From NCBI GenBank assembly GCA_043750125.1, contig JAYVCD010000236.1, positions 1 to 11,038 of the forward strand: 11,038 nucleotides of DNA, written 5' to 3'. This DNA comes from Archangiaceae bacterium. Its GTDB lineage: Bacteria; Myxococcota; Myxococcia; Myxococcales; Myxococcaceae. The translations under genes and the position numbers were made by a program. Shown here one piece after another: positions 1 to 7,373 of the stretch. The notes beneath the pieces were generated by a model that worked only from the letters and a program-made list of their open reading frames with translations, ran no database searches and had not been told where the DNA came from. Numbering within the stretch: the stretch's first letter is position 1; the number at the start of each line of letters is the position of its first letter.

Positions 1-46
1 TCGGGATCAACGGACCGACTGCTCTCGGGATCAACGGACCGACTGC
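1..46. repeat. 24-bp-period tandem direct repeat (TCGGGATCAACGGACCGACTGC[TC]), about 2 copies visible, possibly continuing beyond the left edge
   Basis: 1-22 and 25-46 are identical (TCGGGATCAACGGACCGACTGC) and separated only by TC. Confidence 0.9.
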
Positions 47-104
47 ACCGCGGATGAAGGGAATGGTTTGGGGGAAGGGGCTCCGTTGATCCCGAGAGCA
101 GTCG
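16..104. repeat. Perfect 23-bp inverted repeat (arms 16-38 and 82-104, 43-nt spacer); REP/MITE-like element or terminator-like hairpin
   Basis: 16-38 CGACTGCTCTCGGGATCAACGGA is the exact reverse complement of 82-104 TCCGTTGATCCCGAGAGCAGTCG. The right arm lies 25 nt downstream of the minus-strand stop at 130. Confidence 0.85.
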
Positions 105-129
105 AGGGACGTGCGGCCCCGGGCGCGTT

Positions 130-1317
130 CTAGAAACAAAACGACACCTCGACTCCGATGGTGTGAATCGAGAGCGGACCCAGATCGAGGTACTTGCCCA
201 CGGTTTCCGCATCGTTGATCCCCGGCGCGGACTCGACGAAGAGAACGAGCCCGATTCGGTTCTTCACCCGAAGCTCGAGGCCCAGCTGCAAAGTGCCATA
301 GGTGTGGTTCGGCTCGCCGGGGGTCCGGAACAGCGCCGTCAGCTCTTCGATGGTGAGGATCTTGTTTCGGAAGGCCAGCGCGTCCCGGCCGTAGACCGAG
401 ATCACCGCTCCACCGGCGAAGAGGTACAGGTCGGGCCGGGACAACGAGACCGCCGAGCCTGAGATCAACCGCCCGACGCGCATCTGGGCTTCCCACGCGA
501 CGTGCAGATCGGGCGCCCAGCTCAAGCCCACCGTGAAGCCAGCGGTCCACGCCCGCGCCTGGCTCAACGCGGCCTCGATTCCCAGCTGCAGCCAGACAAA
601 GGGCGCGATGCGCAGGGTTTCGCTTTTGGTGGTGAAGGTCCGGACCCCGATTCGAATCGGGACGAGGAAGATCCCCCGCCCTTCGAGCGCTTCGAGGTAT
701 TCCTGACGCGCCTCGGCCGCGCTCTTCAGCCGCTCAGGGTCCCGCAACAGCGCCGCCGACGTGGTGAGCGTCGAGAGCGTCTTCGCGTAGACGATCGGAA
801 GGTCTGTCTCGAGCGAGGTCACCCGCGCGCGCAGCACCAGCGCCGCGCCCTCGACCTCGAAGTCGAGGAACAGCGCGTGCCGACTGCCCGAGAGTTTTCC
901 GGCGGTCGAGAGCGCCTCGGGTTGATCCACTCCGCGAGAGACGATCGTTCCCTTCGCGCCCGAGTGAATCACCAACGAGGTGCACTCGGGGCAATGGGCC
1001 AGCGTCACGTGGGTGCTGGGGTTCTTGATCAGCAGGGTGGTGAAGTGGTTTTCGATCAGCGCCTGCAGCCCGCTGGAAAATCCGACCGGGACGCTCACGT
1101 CAGCCAACACCAGCGGCGTCTGCAGCGCGAACGGAGGCTCTTTGAGCCACCCATAGACCAGCTCGTCGAGCAGGTCGTACGCCTGAAGCTGAATCTGACC
1201 GGCGATCTCGGCGCGAAGCGTCTCGAGCTGCACCCGTTGCGCTTCCTGGGTGTCCAGGTCGGCGGCGAACGCGGCGGTCGGCAGCACCGCGAGCATCAAC
1301 GCGAGCGTGAATCTCAT
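130..1317 (-). CDS. Exported hypothetical protein (395 aa): signal peptide, alpha/beta N-domain with CxxC, probable C-terminal outer-membrane beta-barrel
   Basis: ATG at 1317 overlaps the upstream stop (ATGA). Signal peptide MRFTLALMLAVLPTAAFA. Motif HCPEC. The C-terminal half has alternating-hydrophobic strands (WLQLGIEAAL, WTAGFTVGLSW, LQLGLELRV) and ends GVEVSFCF with a terminal Phe. Confidence 0.8.
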   Translation of the reverse strand: MRFTLALMLAVLPTAAFAADLDTQEAQRVQLETLRAEIAGQIQLQAYDLLDELVYGWLKEPPFALQTPLVLADVSVPVGFSSGLQALIENHFTTLLIKNPSTHVTLAHCPECTSLVIHSGAKGTIVSRGVDQPEALSTAGKLSGSRHALFLDFEVEGAALVLRARVTSLETDLPIVYAKTLSTLTTSAALLRDPERLKSAAEARQEYLEALEGRGIFLVPIRIGVRTFTTKSETLRIAPFVWLQLGIEAALSQARAWTAGFTVGLSWAPDLHVAWEAQMRVGRLISGSAVSLSRPDLYLFAGGAVISVYGRDALAFRNKILTIEELTALFRTPGEPNHTYGTLQLGLELRVKNRIGLVLFVESAPGINDAETVGKYLDLGPLSIHTIGVEVSFCF

Positions 1318-1958
1318 TGCAGCCATTTCCATTGGCCGCGCATGCACAGGCCTGCGTGCAGGTCGGTTTCGCGCGCGTCGATGATCATCAGACCCAGGAA
1401 GACGTCGGGCTCGACCAGGACCTTCTGCGCGAAGTAGCGCTTGCAGGCCAGCGGGTAGGACTTCGAGGCATCCAGGCGGGCGAGGACCGCGATGTCACCG
1501 GCCGCGAGCACCGGAACGCGATCGGACACCGTGTTTCCGCGCTCGGCGAGATCCGTTCTCGCGGCCACTGAAATCTTCTGGGCCACCGCGGCCTGGGGGT
1601 AGAACGTGTCGACGTGCCAGGTCGTCTTCTCGGGGACCAGCGCCGCCGCCAGTCGGTTGATCTCAGCGACGCTCTGGCGCAGCGACGTGAGAATCACCTC
1701 GTCGCGCGCGGGGCGGTCGTCCTTCTCGGTCATTCGCGTCGAGCAGGTGAGCGCGTCGACGTTGATGTACGGGCCGCGGGGGAAAGTTTCCGGGACTGTG
1801 CCCGGGAAGCGCTCGTGCGCCTCGGCCTGGCTCAACCGGGTGCATTCGAGGTTTCGCGCCGCCTGCTTGGTTTGAAAAATGCCCGGCGAAGGATCGTAAG
1901 CGCACCCGGTCACAATCGCGGCGAACGAAACGGCCAGCCCTCGAGCGATGCCTTTCAC
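1314..1958 (-). CDS. Hypothetical lipoprotein (214 aa)
   Basis: GTG start overlaps the upstream TGA (GTGA 1958-1955). Lipobox signal MKGIARGLAVSFAAIVTG-C. Stop is coupled to the next gene. Confidence 0.8.
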   Translation of the reverse strand: MKGIARGLAVSFAAIVTGCAYDPSPGIFQTKQAARNLECTRLSQAEAHERFPGTVPETFPRGPYINVDALTCSTRMTEKDDRPARDEVILTSLRQSVAEINRLAAALVPEKTTWHVDTFYPQAAVAQKISVAARTDLAERGNTVSDRVPVLAAGDIAVLARLDASKSYPLACKRYFAQKVLVEPDVFLGLMIIDARETDLHAGLCMRGQWKWLQ

Positions 1959-2650
1959 TTCGGGGTTCCGGCGAGCGGCTCAAAGCTGCGCAGCACCTTC
2001 TGTTTCATCCGCGCGTGGAACGCGAGCTGGCTCAGCTGCCCATAAAAGTCCTTCGAGAAGTCGGCCTTGGCCGCGTTTCCCGTCAGCTGCTCGTCCTTGG
2101 GACGAACGATCAAATCGATCAGCGCGTTGATCCCCCAATAGCCGAGGCCGACATACCGAATGAAGCGGCCCTGCAGCGAATCCGAGCCGAGCAAAAACCC
2201 GTCGGCGTCGCGCAGCACCACTTCCTGGGCAAAGGTCTCTTCGGTCACCGCGGGAATCAGCGTCGCGCTCGCGTAAAAAAGCAGCCACTGCAGCGAGCTG
2301 TTTTCCGAGTGCACAGCGCGCGACGTGAGCTCGAGCACCAGGTCCGGCCGGGCCGCGGGTTCCTCCCGGGTGGGCAGATCTCCTTCGGGAACCTCGAGCT
2401 CGACCTCTGCGCCCTGGTTGGCAAACAACGTGCGGATGTTTTGACAGAGGACTTCAGAGTCGCCGGTGTCGGTGTAGTCGGAAGGAAGGCAGCGCACCAT
2501 CAACCGCAGCCCTTCGAAGTTGTTGAGCTCAGGGTTGATCACCGCCGGGCGCTGCAGCGCGACCAGCGGTTGGTAGACCGTTACGCAGCCGCAGAGCGAC
2601 CCAGCGAGCGCCAGCGGGAGGCCGAGCCGTTTGAAAATGCGAAGAGGCAT
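1955..2650 (-). CDS. Hypothetical lipoprotein (231 aa) with two internal hydrophobic segments
   Basis: Lipobox signal MPLRIFKRLGLPLALAGSLCG-C. Hydrophobic stretches LQWLLFYASATLIPA and YVGLGYWGINALIDLIV. First gene of a coupled 3-gene operon. Confidence 0.8.
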   Translation of the reverse strand: MPLRIFKRLGLPLALAGSLCGCVTVYQPLVALQRPAVINPELNNFEGLRLMVRCLPSDYTDTGDSEVLCQNIRTLFANQGAEVELEVPEGDLPTREEPAARPDLVLELTSRAVHSENSSLQWLLFYASATLIPAVTEETFAQEVVLRDADGFLLGSDSLQGRFIRYVGLGYWGINALIDLIVRPKDEQLTGNAAKADFSKDFYGQLSQLAFHARMKQKVLRSFEPLAGTPK

Positions 2651-2668
2651 GGGCGCCTCTCGCCGCTT

Positions 2669-2684
2669 AGCAACTGCTGTGCCC
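2669..2684 (-). promoter_or_regulatory. Putative sigma-54 (-24/-12) promoter for the 2650->130 operon
   Basis: Minus strand reads GGGCACAGCAGTTGCT: GG-N10-GC, matching consensus TGGCAC-N5-TTGCW except at the first base. It ends 18 nt upstream of the ATG at 2650. Confidence 0.7.
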
Positions 2685-2768
2685 TGATGTCCGCAAGAGT
2701 GCGCAAAACCTTTTGAGTCCGCACGATTCGCGACAAGCCTGTCAGCCGTGAGCGGGGAACTGCGCTCT

Positions 2769-4031
2769 TCAGTTGATTCCGCCGTCGTAGCTCACCGGCG
2801 GGTAGCCGCCATCGCCGTTGCCGCCGCCTTCGATCAGCGTGGGGTCCGGGCAGCCGTAGACAATCTGAACTTTCGCCGCGCCGCTCTTCTGCACCACGTC
2901 GCAGGCACCGCCGTAGAGGGTGAGCCGACCCGTCTGGTCGTTGTAGTCCCACCCCATCTTCCGGGTGGGGTCGCGGTTGATCAGGTTCCCGTCGACGGCG
3001 ACGAAGATTTTCTTCAGATCTGCAGGGGCCTTCGCGAGCTTGAAATCGCAGCCCGAAGCGCCCTGAGCGATTTGGGAGAACGCGAGGTTGATCGAGGCCT
3101 GGTCATCGGCCTGGTAGTACTTGGTCGTGCCGAGCCGCGCGGTGCCGCCTTCGACCGCCATCTGCGTCAGCCGAGTGGGATCTACGTCGGCGCCGAAGCC
3201 GACCACGTAGGTCTTGATTCCCCGGGCGGCCATCGCCTTCACCGCGCTGACCGGATCTCCGCCGCAATTTTCCATTCCATCGGTCACCAGCATCACGAAG
3301 TTTGCCCGCGTCGGGTCGGTCAGCTCGGTTCGCAGCGAGGCCAGCAGCAACGCAGCTCCAATCGGAGTGCCCGAACCGGTCGCGGTCACCGGCAGCGCCT
3401 GCGCCACCTGCATCGCCGCCCGGTCGATCACCGGCACCGCGTTCGCGCCTTCGCTGCACTTGCCCGCTCCGGGGAACATCGAAAGGCCAAACCGAATTGA
3501 AGTCTCGTTCGACGCGGTCACGCTCTTCATCGCCGCCGTCGCCAGCGACCACTTGCTCGGGCCCGACGGCAGCTTCTCTTCCATGCTTCCCGAGCGGTCG
3601 AGCACGATCAAGAAGTTCGCCTGCACCCGGCTGGCCTGAAACAGCTCTCCGCCGCAACTGGGGCCGACCGGGCCCACCGTCCCCGCGGGGTCCGAGCAGT
3701 GGCCATTGAACTGGCAGGTCCGGCCCTGCGCGCAGCTGGCGGTCGCGCAGCTGGCGACGCACGAGACGCCCTCGCAGACCTGGCCGCTGCTGCACTCGCC
3801 GTCCGTTCCGCACCCGCCCTTGGGGACGCAGCCGCCCGCGGTCGAGCACTTGTCTTCCGCGCCACAGCTGGCGGCGCTCGTACACTTCGGGGCGCACGCC
3901 CGAGAGGTCAGACACACCGCACCCTGTCCGCATTGGGCGTCTGCTTTGCAGCCGACGGACGGGGCGATTCCACAGCCGCCAGAGAGAACACAGATGACGA
4001 GCAGCGCGGCGACAGCAAGTGCGTTTCGCAT
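2769..4031 (-). CDS. Cys-rich vWA (MIDAS) domain lipoprotein, CglB-like architecture (420 aa)
   Basis: GGAG shortly upstream of ATG 4031. Lipobox MRNALAVAALLVICVLSGG-C. About four C-x4/5-C-x5-C-x4/5-C repeats. vWA motifs LIVLDRSGSM, GSGTPIG, LVTDG, TYVVGFG. C-terminal CDF...GWDY...LYGGAC...VYGCP module. Confidence 0.88.
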   Translation of the reverse strand: MRNALAVAALLVICVLSGGCGIAPSVGCKADAQCGQGAVCLTSRACAPKCTSAASCGAEDKCSTAGGCVPKGGCGTDGECSSGQVCEGVSCVASCATASCAQGRTCQFNGHCSDPAGTVGPVGPSCGGELFQASRVQANFLIVLDRSGSMEEKLPSGPSKWSLATAAMKSVTASNETSIRFGLSMFPGAGKCSEGANAVPVIDRAAMQVAQALPVTATGSGTPIGAALLLASLRTELTDPTRANFVMLVTDGMENCGGDPVSAVKAMAARGIKTYVVGFGADVDPTRLTQMAVEGGTARLGTTKYYQADDQASINLAFSQIAQGASGCDFKLAKAPADLKKIFVAVDGNLINRDPTRKMGWDYNDQTGRLTLYGGACDVVQKSGAAKVQIVYGCPDPTLIEGGGNGDGGYPPVSYDGGIN

Positions 4032-4060
4032 CGGGGACTCCAAGGGTTGTCGTGCACCGG

Positions 4061-4076
4061 TGCAACGTCGCTGCCA
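4061..4076 (-). promoter_or_regulatory. Putative sigma-54 (-24/-12) promoter for the vWA lipoprotein gene
   Basis: Minus strand reads TGGCAGCGACGTTGCA: TGGCA..., GG-N10-GC, TTGCA. It ends 29 nt upstream of the ATG at 4031, leaving room for the GGAG RBS. Confidence 0.7.
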
Positions 4077-4208
4077 TGGGGCCGGCGCATGCGATTTCGC
4101 AGGTATGCGCTGCTCGAATGGGCGCCTTTACATCGATTTGGAGTGGACACGCGCGGGGCGAGAACTGCAGTTCTCAGGTAGGTCAAAGGGGTGTACGAGA
4201 GCACGGTG

Positions 4209-4760
4209 ATGATCCGCTTTCTCCTCGCTCTGGTGCTGCTGGGTGGGTGCGCGAAGCGCGAGCCCCTGCCGATCCTGGGACATGTGCCCACCTTCGAGCT
4301 GACGAGCCAGGCGGGCAGCGCGTATTCGTCTACAGCGCTCGACGGCAAAGTCTGGGTCGCAAACTTCGTCTTCACCCGCTGCCCGTCCATCTGTCCGACC
4401 TTCAGCGCGAAGATGGCCCGCATTCAGCAACAGACTGGCGAACAGCTGCGGCTGGTCAGCTTCACCGTCGACCCCGAGTTCGACACTCCGCCCAGGCTCG
4501 CCGAGTACGCGACGAAGTTTCACGCCACCCCGAGGTGGACCTTCTTGACTGGACCTCGCGCCGACATCGAAGCCGTGGTGATCAAGGGGCTGATGCAGAC
4601 GATGGTGAAGGGCGACGGATCGCTGATGAGCATCGGGCACGGCAGCTACTTCGTGCTGATCGACGGCAACCAGCAGATTCGCGGCTTCTATCGCTTCAAC
4701 GATGACGACAGCGTCGAGCACGTGGTGCGGGACGCCGCGGTTCTGGCCGCCGGGGGCTAA
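4209..4760 (+). CDS. SCO1/SenC family copper chaperone lipoprotein (183 aa)
   Basis: Lipobox MIRFLLALVLLGG-C. Thioredoxin-fold motifs GKVWVANFVFTRCPSICP (CxxxC), SFTVDPEFDTP, WTFLTG, and the conserved His in HGSYFVLID...IRGFY. Confidence 0.93.
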   Translation: MIRFLLALVLLGGCAKREPLPILGHVPTFELTSQAGSAYSSTALDGKVWVANFVFTRCPSICPTFSAKMARIQQQTGEQLRLVSFTVDPEFDTPPRLAEYATKFHATPRWTFLTGPRADIEAVVIKGLMQTMVKGDGSLMSIGHGSYFVLIDGNQQIRGFYRFNDDDSVEHVVRDAAVLAAGG

Positions 4761-4850
4761 AGAGCCCAGAGGTTTCCATTCCGGGTCGCAAATCCGACGC
4801 GTGGTACCCTCGTCTTCCTACTGCTGTACGGATTGTCGAGGGGCACCCCC

Positions 4851-6014
4851 GTGCGTTCACTTTTTTTTCTGCGACCCGCCGCGCTGATGCTGACTGCCTT
4901 CATTGGGTCCGGTTGCTCCGACGACCCCACCGTCAACCCGGGGATTGAATGCCCGCCTCGGATGGATGGACTGCAATGCGATGGCGGGCGCCCACCGTTT
5001 GATGCGGGCGTCTTTGACGCCGGCCGAAACGGACAGGTCCTCAAGTGGGGCGACGGCGCGCTGCTGGCGATTTCCGGAACAGAGGGCGTGGTGCTCTACG
5101 ACATCGACGCCGACCAGCGGGTGATCGTGAAATACGCGAAAATCAATCAATGCGTGGACGGCACCTGCATGGGGGTTCCGGGCACGACCACGGGCTTGGT
5201 CTTCTCAACCAAACGCGATTACCTGTACATCGCGCAGTCGGGACCCAACCAAATCTTCTTCTTCAACATGGTCTTGAGCGACATCGTCTGGAGCTACCCG
5301 TTGTCAGACCTTGCGCAGCTGAGCAGGCCCGTCCTCGGCCCGGTCGACAGCAGCCTTTATCTGGTCAGCGCGACGGACAAGGCCTTCTACAAGTTCGACA
5401 GCGTGGGGCAGAAGTTCGCTCAGAGGCTCACCGCGCCACTCGCACTCTCATCGGCCTGGTCCGTGGCCGCCGGACCCGGGGGGCTGATGGTCGGGTCCAC
5501 CGACGGGGGGCGGGTGCTCGCGTTCAACGACCCCAACGACGGGGGCCCGGTCGCGTACGACCCGACTTCATCGGTGGACCTGATCGACGGCGCGAACCAG
5601 GGCGTGGGTCCCACGACGTGTGTCGCAACCCAGACCGGGGCTTTCTACTGTTCCGCGACGGGGACCGGGGCTGGTCTGTGGTACGTCAAGGCCGGCACAG
5701 CTCCCAAGCTGGTGGTCCCAGGCGTCGCGGTCGGAGCCCTGGCGATCTCGTCGTTGGGCGAGAGGCTCTGGGTCGGCACGGGAAACAGTCTTCGGGGCTA
5801 CTGGATTGCTGCCAACCCTCAGGCCCCTTACCTGCTGGGCACTTTGGATGCGGGCGGGCCGGTTTTCGACATCGTGAGCTCGGCAGACGGACAGTGGGTC
5901 TTTGCGTCGGTGCCGAGCGCGGATGTCCTGTTGAAAGTGCGCGCCGCCGATTTGAAAGTGATGCGCTCGTTCAAGGATCTTCAGCAGCCCAGGGCCCTCG
6001 CCTTTGGGCCGTGA
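4851..6014 (+). CDS. Lipoprotein with YVTN/YncE-like beta-propeller (~387 aa)
   Basis: GAGGGG precedes GTG 4851 (the ORF track's TTG at 4833 is an alternative start). Lipobox ...LMLTAFIGSG-C, DGG/DAG linker, and blade-like repeats (GLVFSTKRDYLYIA, ALAISSLGERLWVG, DIVSSADGQWVFAS, PRALAF). Confidence 0.8.
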   Translation: MRSLFFLRPAALMLTAFIGSGCSDDPTVNPGIECPPRMDGLQCDGGRPPFDAGVFDAGRNGQVLKWGDGALLAISGTEGVVLYDIDADQRVIVKYAKINQCVDGTCMGVPGTTTGLVFSTKRDYLYIAQSGPNQIFFFNMVLSDIVWSYPLSDLAQLSRPVLGPVDSSLYLVSATDKAFYKFDSVGQKFAQRLTAPLALSSAWSVAAGPGGLMVGSTDGGRVLAFNDPNDGGPVAYDPTSSVDLIDGANQGVGPTTCVATQTGAFYCSATGTGAGLWYVKAGTAPKLVVPGVAVGALAISSLGERLWVGTGNSLRGYWIAANPQAPYLLGTLDAGGPVFDIVSSADGQWVFASVPSADVLLKVRAADLKVMRSFKDLQQPRALAFGP

Positions 6015-6018
6015 CACC

Positions 6019-6408
6019 TCAGGGAGCGCAAACGGAAGCGCCTGACTCGCCAATCGCCTGGCACGAGTAGCCGGGCCGGCACTCTGAGGAACGGACGCAG
6101 CTCGCCAGACAGCGGCCCGAGCTGTCAGACGGCTCTCCAATCTGGCCCCGTGGAGTGCACGCCGAGCCGCTCGGACATCCATTCCAAGCGGTGGGCGGAG
6201 TGGGAAAGCAGATTTTCGTGCAGTAGCCACCGGGATAAAACAGTCTGCCATCGGAGCTCTGGGTTTTGCATTGTGCGCCGTCGAGGTCTTGGCATTGCGA
6301 CGCCTGAGTGCACATCTGGCCCACCGGGTTCACTCTCGCGTCGAGCGTTCCTGCATCCAGGACCTTCGGCGCGGGAAGGGGACCACAGGCCACCGCAGCC
6401 GCGATCAA
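6019..6408 (-). CDS. Small Cys-rich (lipo)protein, probably truncated at the 5' end
   Basis: 13 Cys in 129 aa with surface-protein motifs of the myxobacterial type (VGQMCTQASQC, PGGYCTKIC, CLASCVRSSECRPGYSC). Only LIAAAVA-C of a signal peptide remains. There is no other in-frame start before the upstream TGA at 6486-6484. Confidence 0.65.
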   Translation of the reverse strand: MIAAAVACGPLPAPKVLDAGTLDARVNPVGQMCTQASQCQDLDGAQCKTQSSDGRLFYPGGYCTKICFPTPPTAWNGCPSGSACTPRGQIGEPSDSSGRCLASCVRSSECRPGYSCQAIGESGASVCAP

Positions 6409-6419
6409 GGCTGTTTCCC

Positions 6420-7270
6420 ATGGCGGCGTTGGCGGCGGATTTCGAAGTCGGGACCTTCTACGTCGCCTTCGCTGGAGCGAGCCTCAACGCAAACGTATTT
6501 CCGTGGACGATGCCTTCGACCCTGGACGCAGGGTCGCAGACGATCAGCGGAGTCGGCTTCTCGCCTGAGCTCCTTCTCCTCGGCTCGACCGGACACACTC
6601 TGACCGCGCTGCCGGGAATGGGCGCCGACTTCAACTTCAAGATGTCAGCCGCCCATCGGGACGGGTCGCAGTGGGTCAGCGGCAGCTCATCTCGGAGCGG
6701 TTCGACCTCGAACAGCGCGCGTTGGCAGCTGGGAAACCGGCTTCTGCTCGGTGGCGATTTAGGCTCGCCCCCCTATTACGACGTCCGCTTCAATCGGATG
6801 ACCCCGACGGTTTTGTCGTCGACTACCTGCTGTCTTCCGGCAGCCCGGGAAAGATTCACACCCTGGCCCTTTCCGGCCTCAAGGCGAAGCTCGGAATTTT
6901 TCAGAAGACAACCGGCGCGGCGCCGTTGACCCAGGGCCTGTCTGGATTGGGCTTTCGTCCCGAGCTCGTCATTCTCTTCCGCGCGATGGACGTGAACGCA
7001 GTGCCGATCGCAGCGGGGGCAGGGCACTGGCTGGGCGCGGCGACAGCAACGAGCGTCGCCTTCGGCGGTATGAGTCAGCCTCGGGGTGGGGCGCCCATCG
7101 TCGTCGAGTCGACCGACAGCGATGCGCAGGTCTTCCAGAAGCTCGACGGTCCGACTGGAAGTGTCGACGCCCAGGCGACGGTCGCGTCGTTCGACAGCGA
7201 CGGGTTTACGCTGCGTTGGAACCTCAATGATCGTGGGGTTGAGGCGCCGCCGTCGGAAATCTTCGCGAAG
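6420..7270 (+). pseudogene. Frameshifted fragment of an internally repeated beta-rich protein (GxGFxPE...DGF repeats)
   Basis: The frame of ORF 6150 gives ...SQTISGVGFSPELLLL...FNRMT(P). The frame of ORF 6671 continues DGFVVDY...TQGLSGLGFRPELVIL...ASFDSDGFTLRW. Joining them needs one extra base at ATG ACC CC GAC (6798-6808). No signal peptide, and no stop before the next gene. Confidence 0.7.
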
Positions 7271-7373
7271 CCACGGCGAGCGCGTCCACAAGGCGTGATC
7301 TCTGCGCTCGGCTGTAGTGGAATCCCCCGCTCATGCTTCGAACCCGCTTTCACGTCTGCCGGAAGGCCTGAAA

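Noticed and set aside
1-104. CRISPR array
   Set aside because: The direct repeats are separated by only 2 nt, there are no unique spacers, the third copy is inverted, and no cas genes are in the window.
502-3500. Long plus-strand ORFs (502-1437, 2015-2716, 2748-3500)
   Set aside because: These are antisense shadows of well-supported minus-strand genes, expected in high-GC DNA, and carry no recognisable motifs.
2769-4031. Assigning the symbol cglB
   Set aside because: The architecture is similar, but orthology cannot be shown from sequence alone and myxobacteria carry many vWA lipoprotein paralogues.
4761-4850. Sigma-54 promoter upstream of the beta-propeller gene
   Set aside because: No convincing TGGCA-like GG-N10-GC match was found by eye.
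3103-6070. Same-strand alternate-frame ORFs (3103-4077, 4019-4705, 5045-6070)
   Set aside because: Arg/Gly-rich off-frame translations overlapping genes that have clear family motifs.
6795-6815. Programmed ribosomal frameshift
   Set aside because: There is no canonical X XXY YYZ slippery heptamer at the junction and the gene looks truncated at both ends. Mutation or sequencing error is simpler.
6420-7270. Prophage remnant
   Set aside because: Only a remembered motif resemblance supports it. No integrase, att site or other phage genes are visible.
7317-7373. Upstream GTG start for the EBP
   Set aside because: ATG 7374 has a better purine-rich RBS (GGAAGG), and the extension has no supporting features.
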